Assembly (NCBI GenBank): GCA_043808785.1
Contig: JAZDEL010000010.1
Coordinates: forward strand, 201,550 to 233,549
From: Candidatus Iainarchaeum sp.
Lineage (GTDB): Archaea; Iainarchaeota; Iainarchaeia; Iainarchaeales; JAZDEL01
Direction: 5' to 3'
DNA length: 32,000 bases
Part shown: positions 1 to 7,147 of the stretch, piece by piece
How positions within the stretch are numbered: position 1 is the first letter of the stretch
Layout: the number at the start of each line of letters is the position of its first letter
Position numbers and translations under genes: made by a program
Notes under the pieces: model-generated
What the model was told of the DNA's origin: nothing
The model's input: only the letters and a program-made list of their open reading frames with translations
Database searches by the model: none

Positions 1-249
1 GGCAAGGAAGCAGTTTACCCGATATATCTCCGTGCGCGCGGCCCGAATGAAAACCCGCAGTATTTTTTCAGCAGGGAGGGCAGTTTTCTGATTACTGTCC
101 TGAAAAGCCAGAATGCAAAAATAACGCCCGTCGTGCTGCGCGAAAAGAACAGGCTTGTCAGGGGCTGCCGCATTGAAAGGGGCGACAAACTTGTGAAAGG
201 CAAAAGCGGCAATCTTGTGGAGGATGTAATTTACAGGGAAGGCACGTAA
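1..249 (+). CDS. partial CDS: C-terminal 82 codons of an unidentified protein (5' end lies outside the window)
   Basis: Frame +1 is open from base 1 to TAA at 247-249 (...NAKITPVVLREKNRLVRGCRIERGDKLVKGKSGNLVEDVIYREGT*). It is absent from the ORF track only because it has no in-window start. The next gene's TATA box follows it. Confidence 0.35.
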   Translation, partial: GKEAVYPIYLRARGPNENPQYFFSREGSFLITVLKSQNAKITPVVLREKNRLVRGCRIERGDKLVKGKSGNLVEDVIYREGT

Positions 250-276
250 TGGCCGCGGGGGAGGCGCGGCACAACC

Positions 277-284
277 TTTAAATA
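277..284 (+). promoter_or_regulatory. TATA-box-like element (TTTAAATA) about 25 nt upstream of ATG 308, implying a leaderless transcript
   Basis: The sequence aaccTTTAAATAcaccc lies 24-31 nt upstream of the start codon. The same cc-TTTAAA-type element recurs upstream of many genes in this window. Confidence 0.4.
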
Positions 285-307
285 CACCCTTTTCCTTATA
301 TAAAACC

Positions 308-940
308 ATGAATCCGCTGAAACTGTTCGTTTCGCCGCGCAGGGCCGTGAGGGACGCATACGAGAAGCCTAACCTTGCTATTGCGTTCGTGCTTGTCCTT
401 GCTCCCGTCGTTTTCGTCGCGGCAATGCAGTCCTTCCTCGGCCTTGAGTTTGTCATTCAAGATTTCGCATGGACGCTTGCCTCCACAATCCTCGCATGGC
501 TTGCGGGCGGGATTATACTTTACATACTCCTGTACGCGCTGAAGGGCGGAACAATACACGGCAGGCTTTCGGGCGCGCTATCCGCATTCTCCCTCCTTTA
601 CGCAATAAGGTTCGCGATATTCGCGGTGTTCTTTGCGGCGATAATGCTTGTAGCGCCGCAGCTGCCCGCAAAACTCTCCGCGCTTACGCACACCGCGCCC
701 GGCATGGATGACGCGCAATTAATGTCCGAACTCGGAAACATCCCCACGGCATCGCAGGACACCGTGCTGATAATTATGCCCCTCACATTCGTTGTGCTTT
801 CCCTGCTCGTGCTGTTTGCGGTTTATTTCTTCTACCTCCTTGTTGCCGAGGAAGGCAGGGGCGGCCTGCTGAAGAACCTTGTGATGATGGTTCTTTTCCT
901 CGGGTTCCTGATACTTATAAATTCCGTACTCGGCGCCTGA
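308..940 (+). CDS. integral membrane protein, Yip1-domain-like (5 predicted TM helices)
   Basis: 210-aa ORF. It has a short polar N-terminus (FVSPRRAVRDAYEKPN) followed by five hydrophobic segments. Overlapping ORFs in other frames look like GC-rich shadows. Confidence 0.7.
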   Translation: MNPLKLFVSPRRAVRDAYEKPNLAIAFVLVLAPVVFVAAMQSFLGLEFVIQDFAWTLASTILAWLAGGIILYILLYALKGGTIHGRLSGALSAFSLLYAIRFAIFAVFFAAIMLVAPQLPAKLSALTHTAPGMDDAQLMSELGNIPTASQDTVLIIMPLTFVVLSLLVLFAVYFFYLLVAEEGRGGLLKNLVMMVLFLGFLILINSVLGA

Positions 941-1028
941 TTGCGCCCCCCGCGGCTTTGAACAGCCCGCGCGCGCGGTTAAGCAAACCCCGCAAACCCG
1001 CGCGCTATTTTGGCTTGCGCCAAAATGC

Positions 1029-1074
1029 GCCCATTCGGGCATTCGCCCGAATAGGGCGGTTTTTTTGTTTTTTT
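1029..1074 (+). terminator. stem-loop plus T-tract, candidate terminator
   Basis: gcccattcgggc-attc-gcccgaat(a)gggc forms a 12-bp stem with one bulge. It is immediately followed by ggTTTTTTTgTTTTTTTg. Confidence 0.5.
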
Positions 1075-1254
1075 GCGCGCTTTTTCCCTGCCCCCCATGG
1101 CGCGGACTTTTGCGCCCTTTTTCCCGTGTTTTTTCGGCAGTTTCCGCGGAAAAACCCGCAAAAAATACCCTTATAAACACTATGGGCTGGAGAAAAATAT
1201 TATTGGCGCAGGTATCCTGAAAGGGCTTGCGCCGAAGCCCGCAATGGTGTCTGC

Positions 1255-1455
1255 ATGCGCGTGAAATGCCCGGAATGCAAGGAACCCTTCGATTTGAGCG
1301 TTAACGATTACGATGAAGGGGACTCTGTGGAGTGCCCCGAATGCTCATCGGAATGCACCGTTACGGTTAAGGGCGGAAAGCTGAAGCTTGCAAGCGAGAA
1401 GGAAAAGTATTACGACGCCGACGACGAATTCTACGGAGAAGAGGAAGAGGAGTAA
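1255..1455 (+). CDS. LysW-like zinc-ribbon amino-group carrier protein homologue with an acidic poly-Glu C-terminus
   Basis: 66 aa. CPEC at residues 5-8 and CPEC at 27-30 have LysW-like spacing, followed by a beta-strand-like TVTVKGGKLKL segment. The tail ...DDEFYGEEEEE resembles the LysW EDWGE C-terminus. Confidence 0.6.
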   Translation: MRVKCPECKEPFDLSVNDYDEGDSVECPECSSECTVTVKGGKLKLASEKEKYYDADDEFYGEEEEE

Positions 1456-1599
1456 GCCCGGGTTCCCCCCTGCCCCGGACCAAAGCGCCAAAAAATAAAC
1501 CCGCCCCACAGCAGCCTTGAGCCCCCCGCCAAAAAATAAAACAACTTAAAATAACTTGCGCACGGTATATTTCGGCTGTGTTTGGCGCCTTGTGGTTTC

Positions 1600-3003
1600 A
1601 TGCTGAAGGTTTACAATTCACTCTCCCGCAAAAAGGAGGAATTCGCCCCGCTGAAGGGCAAAACCGTGGCAATGTATGTCTGCGGCCCCACTGTGTATGG
1701 GCCGGGGCACATAGGGCACGCGCGCACCTATGTCGCGTTCGACATAATCAGGCGCTATATGGAGTGGCGCGGCTATGCAGTCAAGTTTGTCATGAACATC
1801 ACGGACGTCCACGACGACATGATAAAGCGCGCGGGCGAACTCGGCATAACCATTTTCGAGCTCGCCGACAGGAACATCGCGCTCTTTTTCAAGGACATGG
1901 AGGAACTCGGCATAAAGCCCTCGGACAAAAACCCGCGGGTTACGGAAACAATCCCCGACATCGTGGACGCGGTAAAAACCCTGCAGAAAAAAGGCTATGC
2001 ATACGAAACCGCGGACGGGGTTTATTTCTCGGTTGCGAAGTTCAAGGGGTACGGGAAGCTTTCGCGCCTGAACGCGAAGGAAACAAAAACAGGCACGCGC
2101 GTCGACACGGACAAATACGAGAAGCGCTCCGCATCCGATTTCGCGCTCTGGAAGAAATCGAAAGAGGGCGAACCCTCCTGGGATTCGCCGTGGGGAAAAG
2201 GCAGGCCTGGCTGGCACATAGAGTGCAGCGTGATGTCGCGCAAATTTTTAGGGGACAGGATAGACGTGCACGGCGGCGCGGTGGATTTGATTTTCCCGCA
2301 CCACGAGAACGAAATAGCGCAGAGCGAAGCCCTTACGGGGAAAAAACCGTTCGTGAAATACTGGATGCATGCGGGCTTCCTCAATGTCGGGGGGGAGAAG
2401 ATGAGCAAGAGCCTCGGGAACTTTATCGAAATTCCGGAGCTCCTGCGCGAGTACGACCCGAAGCTGTTCCGTTTCTTTGTTTCGGGTTTGCATTACAGGT
2501 CGCGCGTGAACTTCGAGAAAAGCCTGATGGAGGGCGAGAAGGCGACTCTGGGAAGGCTGAATGAGATGATACAGCGCCTGCTCTCAGTGAAGGGCGCAGG
2601 AAAGGGGGAAAAGAAAGGGAATGTGGCTGCACTTGTGGCTTCCTCACGCAAAAAGTTCGCGGAAAAGATGGATGATGACTTCAACCTTCCCGCCGCGTGG
2701 GCGGAACTGTTTGCCTTTGTGAAGAAAGTTAATGCGCTGCTCGCGGAAAATAAACTCTCGCGCGCGGATGCGGAAGAAATCCTGAAATTCCTGCGCGAAC
2801 TTGATTCCTTCCTCGGGGTTTTCACGTTCGAAAAAAAGGAGGAGGAAAAGCTTGGCGCCGATATTGGTGCCCTTGTTCAGGAGCGCGAAAAGGCGCGCAG
2901 GGAAAAGGACTTTTCAAAGGCGGATGAAATCCGCGAGAAACTGCGCGGGATGGGAATACTCCTTGACGACACGCCGCAGGGCGTAAAGTGGAAGAGGGCG
3001 TGA
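1600..3003 (+). CDS. cysS: cysteinyl-tRNA synthetase
   Basis: Class I HIGH motif (GPGHIGHARTY), KMSKS motif (EKMSKSLGN), the WHIECS zinc/cysteine-site motif, and the typical MLKVYNSLSRKKEEF N-terminus. Start chosen at ATG 1600; the track's 1582 start is an upstream alternative codon. Confidence 0.92.
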   Translation: MLKVYNSLSRKKEEFAPLKGKTVAMYVCGPTVYGPGHIGHARTYVAFDIIRRYMEWRGYAVKFVMNITDVHDDMIKRAGELGITIFELADRNIALFFKDMEELGIKPSDKNPRVTETIPDIVDAVKTLQKKGYAYETADGVYFSVAKFKGYGKLSRLNAKETKTGTRVDTDKYEKRSASDFALWKKSKEGEPSWDSPWGKGRPGWHIECSVMSRKFLGDRIDVHGGAVDLIFPHHENEIAQSEALTGKKPFVKYWMHAGFLNVGGEKMSKSLGNFIEIPELLREYDPKLFRFFVSGLHYRSRVNFEKSLMEGEKATLGRLNEMIQRLLSVKGAGKGEKKGNVAALVASSRKKFAEKMDDDFNLPAAWAELFAFVKKVNALLAENKLSRADAEEILKFLRELDSFLGVFTFEKKEEEKLGADIGALVQEREKARREKDFSKADEIREKLRGMGILLDDTPQGVKWKRA

Positions 3004-3006
3004 CTG

Positions 3007-3423
3007 ATGAAAGTACTCATGTGGCACTGCAAAGAATTTGAAGCCGCGCTTGTCGGAGAATCCGACATGCCCGAAACCGTAATCCCTGAAAAAAAGAGGA
3101 TGGAAACCGAAAAGATGGGCAACTGCATAGTGGCGATGGTCACTGTCGAGAAAAAAGATGTGCCTTCCGCGAGTTCGAAAAAGTGCGTTGCGGAAATAAA
3201 AAAATTCGCCGCAGACACAAAATCCGCAAATATCGTAGTAATGCCGTTTGTCCACCTTTCGAACAAGATAGCGGATTCGGGGCAGGCATTAAAAACGGTC
3301 GAACTTATCGAGGGTGCGCTGGCGGCGGATTTTAACGTATTGAGGTCCCACTTCGGGCACCACAAGGAACTCCTCCTGCACACTTTCGGGCACAAGGTAA
3401 ATGTCAGGTACAGGGAACTGTAA
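3007..3423 (+). CDS. stand-alone homologue of the archaeal ThrRS N-terminal editing domain (DTD2-like fold); putative trans-editing aminoacyl-tRNA deacylase
   Basis: 138 aa. Collinear by eye with the Pyrococcus-type ThrRS editing domain: MKVLMWHCKEFE / IVAMVTVEKKD / ANIVVMPFVHLSNK / FNVLRSHFGHHKEL / FGHKVNVRYREL. Its ATG is 4 nt after the cysS stop. Confidence 0.65.
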   Translation: MKVLMWHCKEFEAALVGESDMPETVIPEKKRMETEKMGNCIVAMVTVEKKDVPSASSKKCVAEIKKFAADTKSANIVVMPFVHLSNKIADSGQALKTVELIEGALAADFNVLRSHFGHHKELLLHTFGHKVNVRYREL

Positions 3424-3473
3424 CGCCCTTGCCAAAAGGTTTAAATAACTGGCAGCAGTATATATCAACTATA

Positions 3474-3502
3474 CCCGCCGCCACTGCTTCGGCGGTGGCG
3501 GG
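3474..3502 (+). other. GC-rich hairpin followed by a T-run; terminator of the cysS operon or 5'-leader structure of the NYN gene
   Basis: cccgccgcc(ac)tgcttc(gg)ggcggtggcggg gives 9 contiguous pairs including one G-U. Downstream lies ...attcTTTTTaacc and upstream a TTTAAATA box at 3441-3448. Confidence 0.35.
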
Positions 3503-3545
3503 CGTTCCATATTCTTTTTAACCTTTGTGGCTACTTTTACGTCAT

Positions 3546-4229
3546 ATGACGATAGGCGGCAATTGCGATTCCGCGGTATTCATCGATGGCGGATTTTTCG
3601 ACCATGTCCTTGACGATGCCGCGCCTCCGAAATTAAATCCTAAAAACCCCGAACGCGGCGAGTTTTTCCGCCTCGACTACAACCTGTTCGCGGAAAAACT
3701 GTGCGAACTGTGCGGAGCGAAACGGCTGAGGACGTATTATTATCACTGCCGCCCCATAGATGACGGCTCGGGGTATGCGAGGGCGAAGAACAATTTTTAT
3801 AACGGCTTGATACGCACCCCGCGTTTCGAGTTCAGGGAGGGGAAATTGAGCAGGCACAGGCTGTTGTGCAAAAGCAAATCCTGCCAGCAGCCGCTCGTCT
3901 GCAAGGTTTGCGGGCGGGAGCAATGGAAAATCGAGCAGAAAAGAACCGACGATTTGCTGATGGTCGATGTCGTTAGCCTGAGCTGGCGGTATCTCATAAA
4001 GAAGGCGATTCTTGTCGGCGGCGACAGCGATTTCGTCCCCGCGTTCAAGGAATCGAAGGAGGCGGGAGTTATTGCATACCTTGCCAACTATGTGTCCCGC
4101 AACCCGAATTCAAAAGTCAGGGTTCACGACGAACTTTACGACTTGTTTGATGAGCGGATTGAAATAACCCCCGAATTCATAATCTCCTGCGGGAAGTATG
4201 TGAAGAGGGCGGATGCGCCTGGCGGCTAA
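3546..4229 (+). CDS. NYN/LabA-like (PIN-related) nuclease-domain protein with an inserted 4-Cys zinc-ribbon
   Basis: AVFIDGGFF N-terminal motif, KRTDDLLMVDVV, and LVGGDSDFVPAF are NYN-domain signatures. A CKSKSC...CKVC insertion is present. ATG 3546 is preferred over the TTG at 3525. Confidence 0.7.
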   Translation: MTIGGNCDSAVFIDGGFFDHVLDDAAPPKLNPKNPERGEFFRLDYNLFAEKLCELCGAKRLRTYYYHCRPIDDGSGYARAKNNFYNGLIRTPRFEFREGKLSRHRLLCKSKSCQQPLVCKVCGREQWKIEQKRTDDLLMVDVVSLSWRYLIKKAILVGGDSDFVPAFKESKEAGVIAYLANYVSRNPNSKVRVHDELYDLFDERIEITPEFIISCGKYVKRADAPGG

Positions 4230-4300
4230 AAACGCGCCAGCGCAACCCTTTTAAACAACCTGAAACAATACTCTAATTAGCCGCGGACCGCGGTTGGTGC

Positions 4301-4420
4301 ATGTTATGGCTTCGGCGCTTGGCTTAACCCTCGGGGGCGGTGCCGCATGGTAGCCTCGGCGCTTAACCCGAACCGCAAAGGGGGCTTTGCATGGTAGCAT
4401 CCGCGCTTGACCTGACCCTC
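4301..4420 (+). repeat. three tandem degenerate copies (periods 41 and 44 nt) of the kef gene start region, creating two short overlapping uORFs (4306-4353 and 4347-4397)
   Basis: ATGGCTTCGGCGCTTGGCTTAACCC / ATGGTAGCCTCGGCGCTTAACCC / ATGGTAGCATCCGCGCTTGACCTGACCC. Each uORF ends in gcATGGTAG, where the next ATG sits 4 nt before the TAG. Confidence 0.6.
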
Positions 4421-6226
4421 CTCGTGGATTTGGGGCTTATACTTGTTCTCGCCACAGTGTTCAGCTACCTTGCAAGGGCGCTGAAACAGCCCAGCCTTAT
4501 CGCATACATTGCGGCAGGGCTTGTTCTCGGCCCCCTTGGGCTGGGCGCGATGGGAATAACCTTCGGCGGCGTTCCCCTGGGCGTAACCAACGTGCAGGAT
4601 GTGATGATACTCTCGGAATTGGGTGTTGCGTTCCTGCTGTTCGGCGTGGGGATTGAATCGAACTTTTCCAAACTCAGGGAATTGGGCAAGGTAGTGCTTG
4701 TCGGCGGCGTTGTGCAGGTGCTCGTAACCGCGCTCGTGGTTTTCCTTGCCGCATACCAGCTGGGGCTTGTCGGGTTTGAGCAGGCGGTTTACATAGGGCT
4801 GATTGTCGCTTTCTCAAGCACGGTAATTGTGGTAAAAATCCTCTCCGATTCGCACCAGATAAGCACGCTGCACGGCAGACTGCTTATAGGCTTCCTTGTT
4901 GTGCAGGACATGCTTGTGATTCTTGCAATGCCCCTGCTTGCAAACCTCGGCGAACTCCTCTCCCCTGCAGCCGTGCTCCCGATATTCATGCAGGGGGTTT
5001 TAATAATCGGCATCGCGTACCTGCTCAACAGGTATGCATACCCGAAAATTTTCGGCTTCGCAACAAAATCCGAGGAACTCCTCTCCCTTGTCGCGGTTTC
5101 CTCCTGCTTTGTTTTCATAGTTATAGCCTACCTGCTGAACTTTTCAATCGCTGTCGGTGCGTTCATCGCAGGCTTAAGCATTTCCACCCTTCCTTACAAC
5201 CTCGAGGTTTACAACAAAATCCGCGGATTAAGGGATTTCCTTGCGACGATTTTCTTCGTAACTCTGGGGATGCAGATAAGCCTTGATTTCGTTTCCGTGC
5301 CGTTGGCGCTGGTGCTGCTTGTTGTGGGCGCGGTTTTTTTCCTCAAGCCGGCACTCATATACCTCATAAGCCTTTTCTCCGGCTTCGGTTCCAAGGTTTC
5401 ACTTGTAGTTGCGCTCGCGCTTGCGCAGGTTTCCGAGTTCTCGTTCATATTGCTCAGCGAGGGCAGGGATGTCCTTGGCGTAACCCCCGGCCTTTACTCA
5501 TTCCTCCTGCTCGTGATTGCTGTTTCAATGGTTATTACCCCATATGTGATGGCAAACACCGCGGGAATAAACGCGCTTTTCTCAAGGGTTTTCGGCACCG
5601 CCGCAGTGCCGCTTAAGCGCAAGGCGTTTTACAGGAGGATAAGCATGCTTGAAACAATTCCCGAGGGCCTGCGCAACCACATAGTCATTGTGGGAGGCGG
5701 AACAATGGGCCTCAGCCTTGCGACAGCGCTGAAAGGCAGCGACGAGCGCGTGATTGTTGTGGACCATGACTCTGAAAAGGTTTTCAAGTGCATGAAGGAG
5801 TGCATAAATGCCGTTTACGGCAGCGCTGAAAACACCGAGGTAATGCGGCGCGTGAACCTTGCGGAGGCGAAATTGCTCGTGCTTGCTATGCCTGATGTCC
5901 GCGCAACAAATTTCCTCATAACCCACGCGAAAAAAATAAACCCCTCGCTTGTTGTTTTCGCGCGCGCGCACTTTGCGAGTGACGCGCTCGATTTCTACGG
6001 GCGCGGCGCGGATTTTGTCGTAATGCCGCACATAATAGGCTCGAACATTTTCCTGCGCGAGGTGGGGAACTTCCTCGATAAGGGAAGGGTGAGTTACATA
6101 ACCAATTACAAGGACGAATACCTGAAATACCTGAAGGAAGAGCTGGAGGGCAGGGGCGTTGCTCCCATATGCCCGCCGGATGAAACCAGAAAGGCCGCGC
6201 CCGAACTGTTCCCGAAAGAAGAATGA
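4391..6226 (+). CDS. CPA2-family K+/H+ (Kef-type) antiporter with a C-terminal RCK/TrkA-N domain
   Basis: 611 aa. About 12 TM segments with a Kef-like N-terminus (LLVDLGLILVLATVFSYLARALKQPSLIAYIAAGLVLGP). The C-terminal Rossmann motif is HIVIVGGGTMGLSLA. Confidence 0.85.
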   Translation: MVASALDLTLLVDLGLILVLATVFSYLARALKQPSLIAYIAAGLVLGPLGLGAMGITFGGVPLGVTNVQDVMILSELGVAFLLFGVGIESNFSKLRELGKVVLVGGVVQVLVTALVVFLAAYQLGLVGFEQAVYIGLIVAFSSTVIVVKILSDSHQISTLHGRLLIGFLVVQDMLVILAMPLLANLGELLSPAAVLPIFMQGVLIIGIAYLLNRYAYPKIFGFATKSEELLSLVAVSSCFVFIVIAYLLNFSIAVGAFIAGLSISTLPYNLEVYNKIRGLRDFLATIFFVTLGMQISLDFVSVPLALVLLVVGAVFFLKPALIYLISLFSGFGSKVSLVVALALAQVSEFSFILLSEGRDVLGVTPGLYSFLLLVIAVSMVITPYVMANTAGINALFSRVFGTAAVPLKRKAFYRRISMLETIPEGLRNHIVIVGGGTMGLSLATALKGSDERVIVVDHDSEKVFKCMKECINAVYGSAENTEVMRRVNLAEAKLLVLAMPDVRATNFLITHAKKINPSLVVFARAHFASDALDFYGRGADFVVMPHIIGSNIFLREVGNFLDKGRVSYITNYKDEYLKYLKEELEGRGVAPICPPDETRKAAPELFPKEE

Positions 6227-6261
6227 GCGGAATTTTTCGCCAGCCTTTTTGCGGGCAGCGT

Positions 6262-6321
6262 GATTTTTGCCCAAGCAAAAATCCTTCTTTTTGTAAACTT
6301 TTTCTTGCAAAGAAAAAGTTT
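6262..6321. terminator. two perfect hairpins between the convergent kef gene and tRNA-Trp (candidate bidirectional terminator)
   Basis: GATTTTTGC-ccaa-GCAAAAATC at 6262-6283. AAACTTTTTCTT-gca-AAGAAAAAGTTT at 6295-6321, a 12-bp perfect stem. Both are T-rich on both strands. Confidence 0.5.
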
Positions 6322-6457
6322 GGGGACAGAGGGATTTGAACCCCCATCAGCTGGTCGCTCCAACTTTTTGCAAACTTTTGGGAAGCGAAACTGCAAAAGT
6401 TTCGCGCTCCTAAAAGTTTCTGGAGCCAGCCGCACTGCCGGGTTATGCTATGTCCCC
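6321..6457 (-). tRNA. tRNA-Trp (anticodon CCA) with a 64-nt intron at the canonical 37/38 position (intron 6356-6419)
   Basis: Hand fold: acceptor GGGGACA/TGTCCCC, D stem GCAT/GTGC, anticodon stem GCTGG/CCAGC, loop CTCCAG|A, and T arm GGGGG-TTCAAAT-CCCTC with discriminator A. The intron forms an hBHBh' motif: 7-bp AACUUUU/AAAAGUU, a 3-nt bulge, 4-bp CUCC/GGAG, and a 3-nt bulge. Confidence 0.85.
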
Positions 6458-6470
6458 TTTCGCGCTTGCG

Positions 6471-7118
6471 CTATTTTCCCTTAACGCCTTTCCAGTCTTC
6501 CCTGAACCTTTTTATTCCCGCGTCCGTGAGTTCATGCTTAAACATTTCCTCAATCACGCGGAAGGGCACAGTGGCAACGTCCGCGCCGAGGAGTGCCGCC
6601 TCTTTCACATGCTCCACAGAGCGGACACTTGCAACAATCACCTTTGTCTTCATCCCGTAATTCCTGTAAACCTGCAGAATATCCCTTACAACATCCATTC
6701 CCTTTTCCCCTTTGTCATCAAGGCGCCCGACAAAGGGGCTCACGTAGTCCGCGCCCGCCTTTGCGGCAATCAGCGCCTGGTTCGCGCTGAACACAAGCGT
6801 CACATTGGTGCGAACGCCCTTTTTCTTCAGTCCGCGCACTGCCTTCATTCCCTCCTGCGTCATCGGAACCTTGATAATCACGTTCTTGTGAATCTTCGCG
6901 AGTTCCAATGCTTCCTTAACCATGCCGCTTGCGTCATCGCCCATAACCTCCGCGCTTACTGGGCCGTTGACAATGCCCGCAATTTCGCGCACCGTCTCCC
7001 TGAAATCCTTTCCCGCCTTTGCGACAAGCGTGGGGTTTGTTGTAACGCCGTCGGCAAGGCCCCATTCCGCAGCCTTCCTGACCTCCTCAACAACCGCGCT
7101 GTCCACGAATATCTTCAT
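6471..7118 (-). CDS. transaldolase / fructose-6-phosphate aldolase family (short TalC/Fsa type)
   Basis: [31 protein letters not shown]..., [32 protein letters not shown]. 215 aa from the ATG at 7118; the longer track ORF adds a non-homologous Arg/Gly-rich extension. Confidence 0.9.
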   Translation of the reverse strand: MKIFVDSAVVEEVRKAAEWGLADGVTTNPTLVAKAGKDFRETVREIAGIVNGPVSAEVMGDDASGMVKEALELAKIHKNVIIKVPMTQEGMKAVRGLKKKGVRTNVTLVFSANQALIAAKAGADYVSPFVGRLDDKGEKGMDVVRDILQVYRNYGMKTKVIVASVRSVEHVKEAALLGADVATVPFRVIEEMFKHELTDAGIKRFREDWKGVKGK

Positions 7119-7147
7119 GCACTCGCCATTCAGAATTAGCCCTTCCT

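Noticed and set aside
15-212. A 65-aa minus-strand ORF at the window start.
   Set aside because: It is antisense to an open plus-strand frame that runs from the window edge and looks more protein-like. It has no promoter or motif support.
958-1264. Small ORFs (958-1176, 979-1161, 1073-1264, 719-1180) in the gap between the membrane protein and the LysW-like gene.
   Set aside because: They overlap one another in different frames and cross the terminator hairpin and T-tracts. Their composition is Arg/Phe/Pro-rich.
1578-2564. Long alternative-frame and antisense ORFs overlapping well-supported genes. Examples: 1578-2564, 1618-2217, 5582-6310, 6450-7139, 6922-7713, 7491-8186, 9409-10014, 16270-17010, 21542-22420, 24434-25282, 24597-25232 and 31102-31716.
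   Set aside because: Their translations are Arg/Pro/Ala/Ser-rich and low in complexity, which is typical of shadow ORFs in GC-rich coding DNA. Each lies inside a gene whose own product has clear family motifs.
6356-6419. Box C/D sRNA embedded in the tRNA-Trp intron, as occurs in Haloferax and Pyrococcus.
   Set aside because: The 64-nt intron has no TGATGA (box C) or CTGA (box D) in the right places. The only CTGATG lies in the 3' exon.
6106-6484. ORFs 6106-6435 (-), 5916-6347 (-) and 6260-6484 (+), which span the kef/tRNA gap.
   Set aside because: They run across the tRNA-Trp gene and the terminator hairpins. The region is better explained by the tRNA with its intron.
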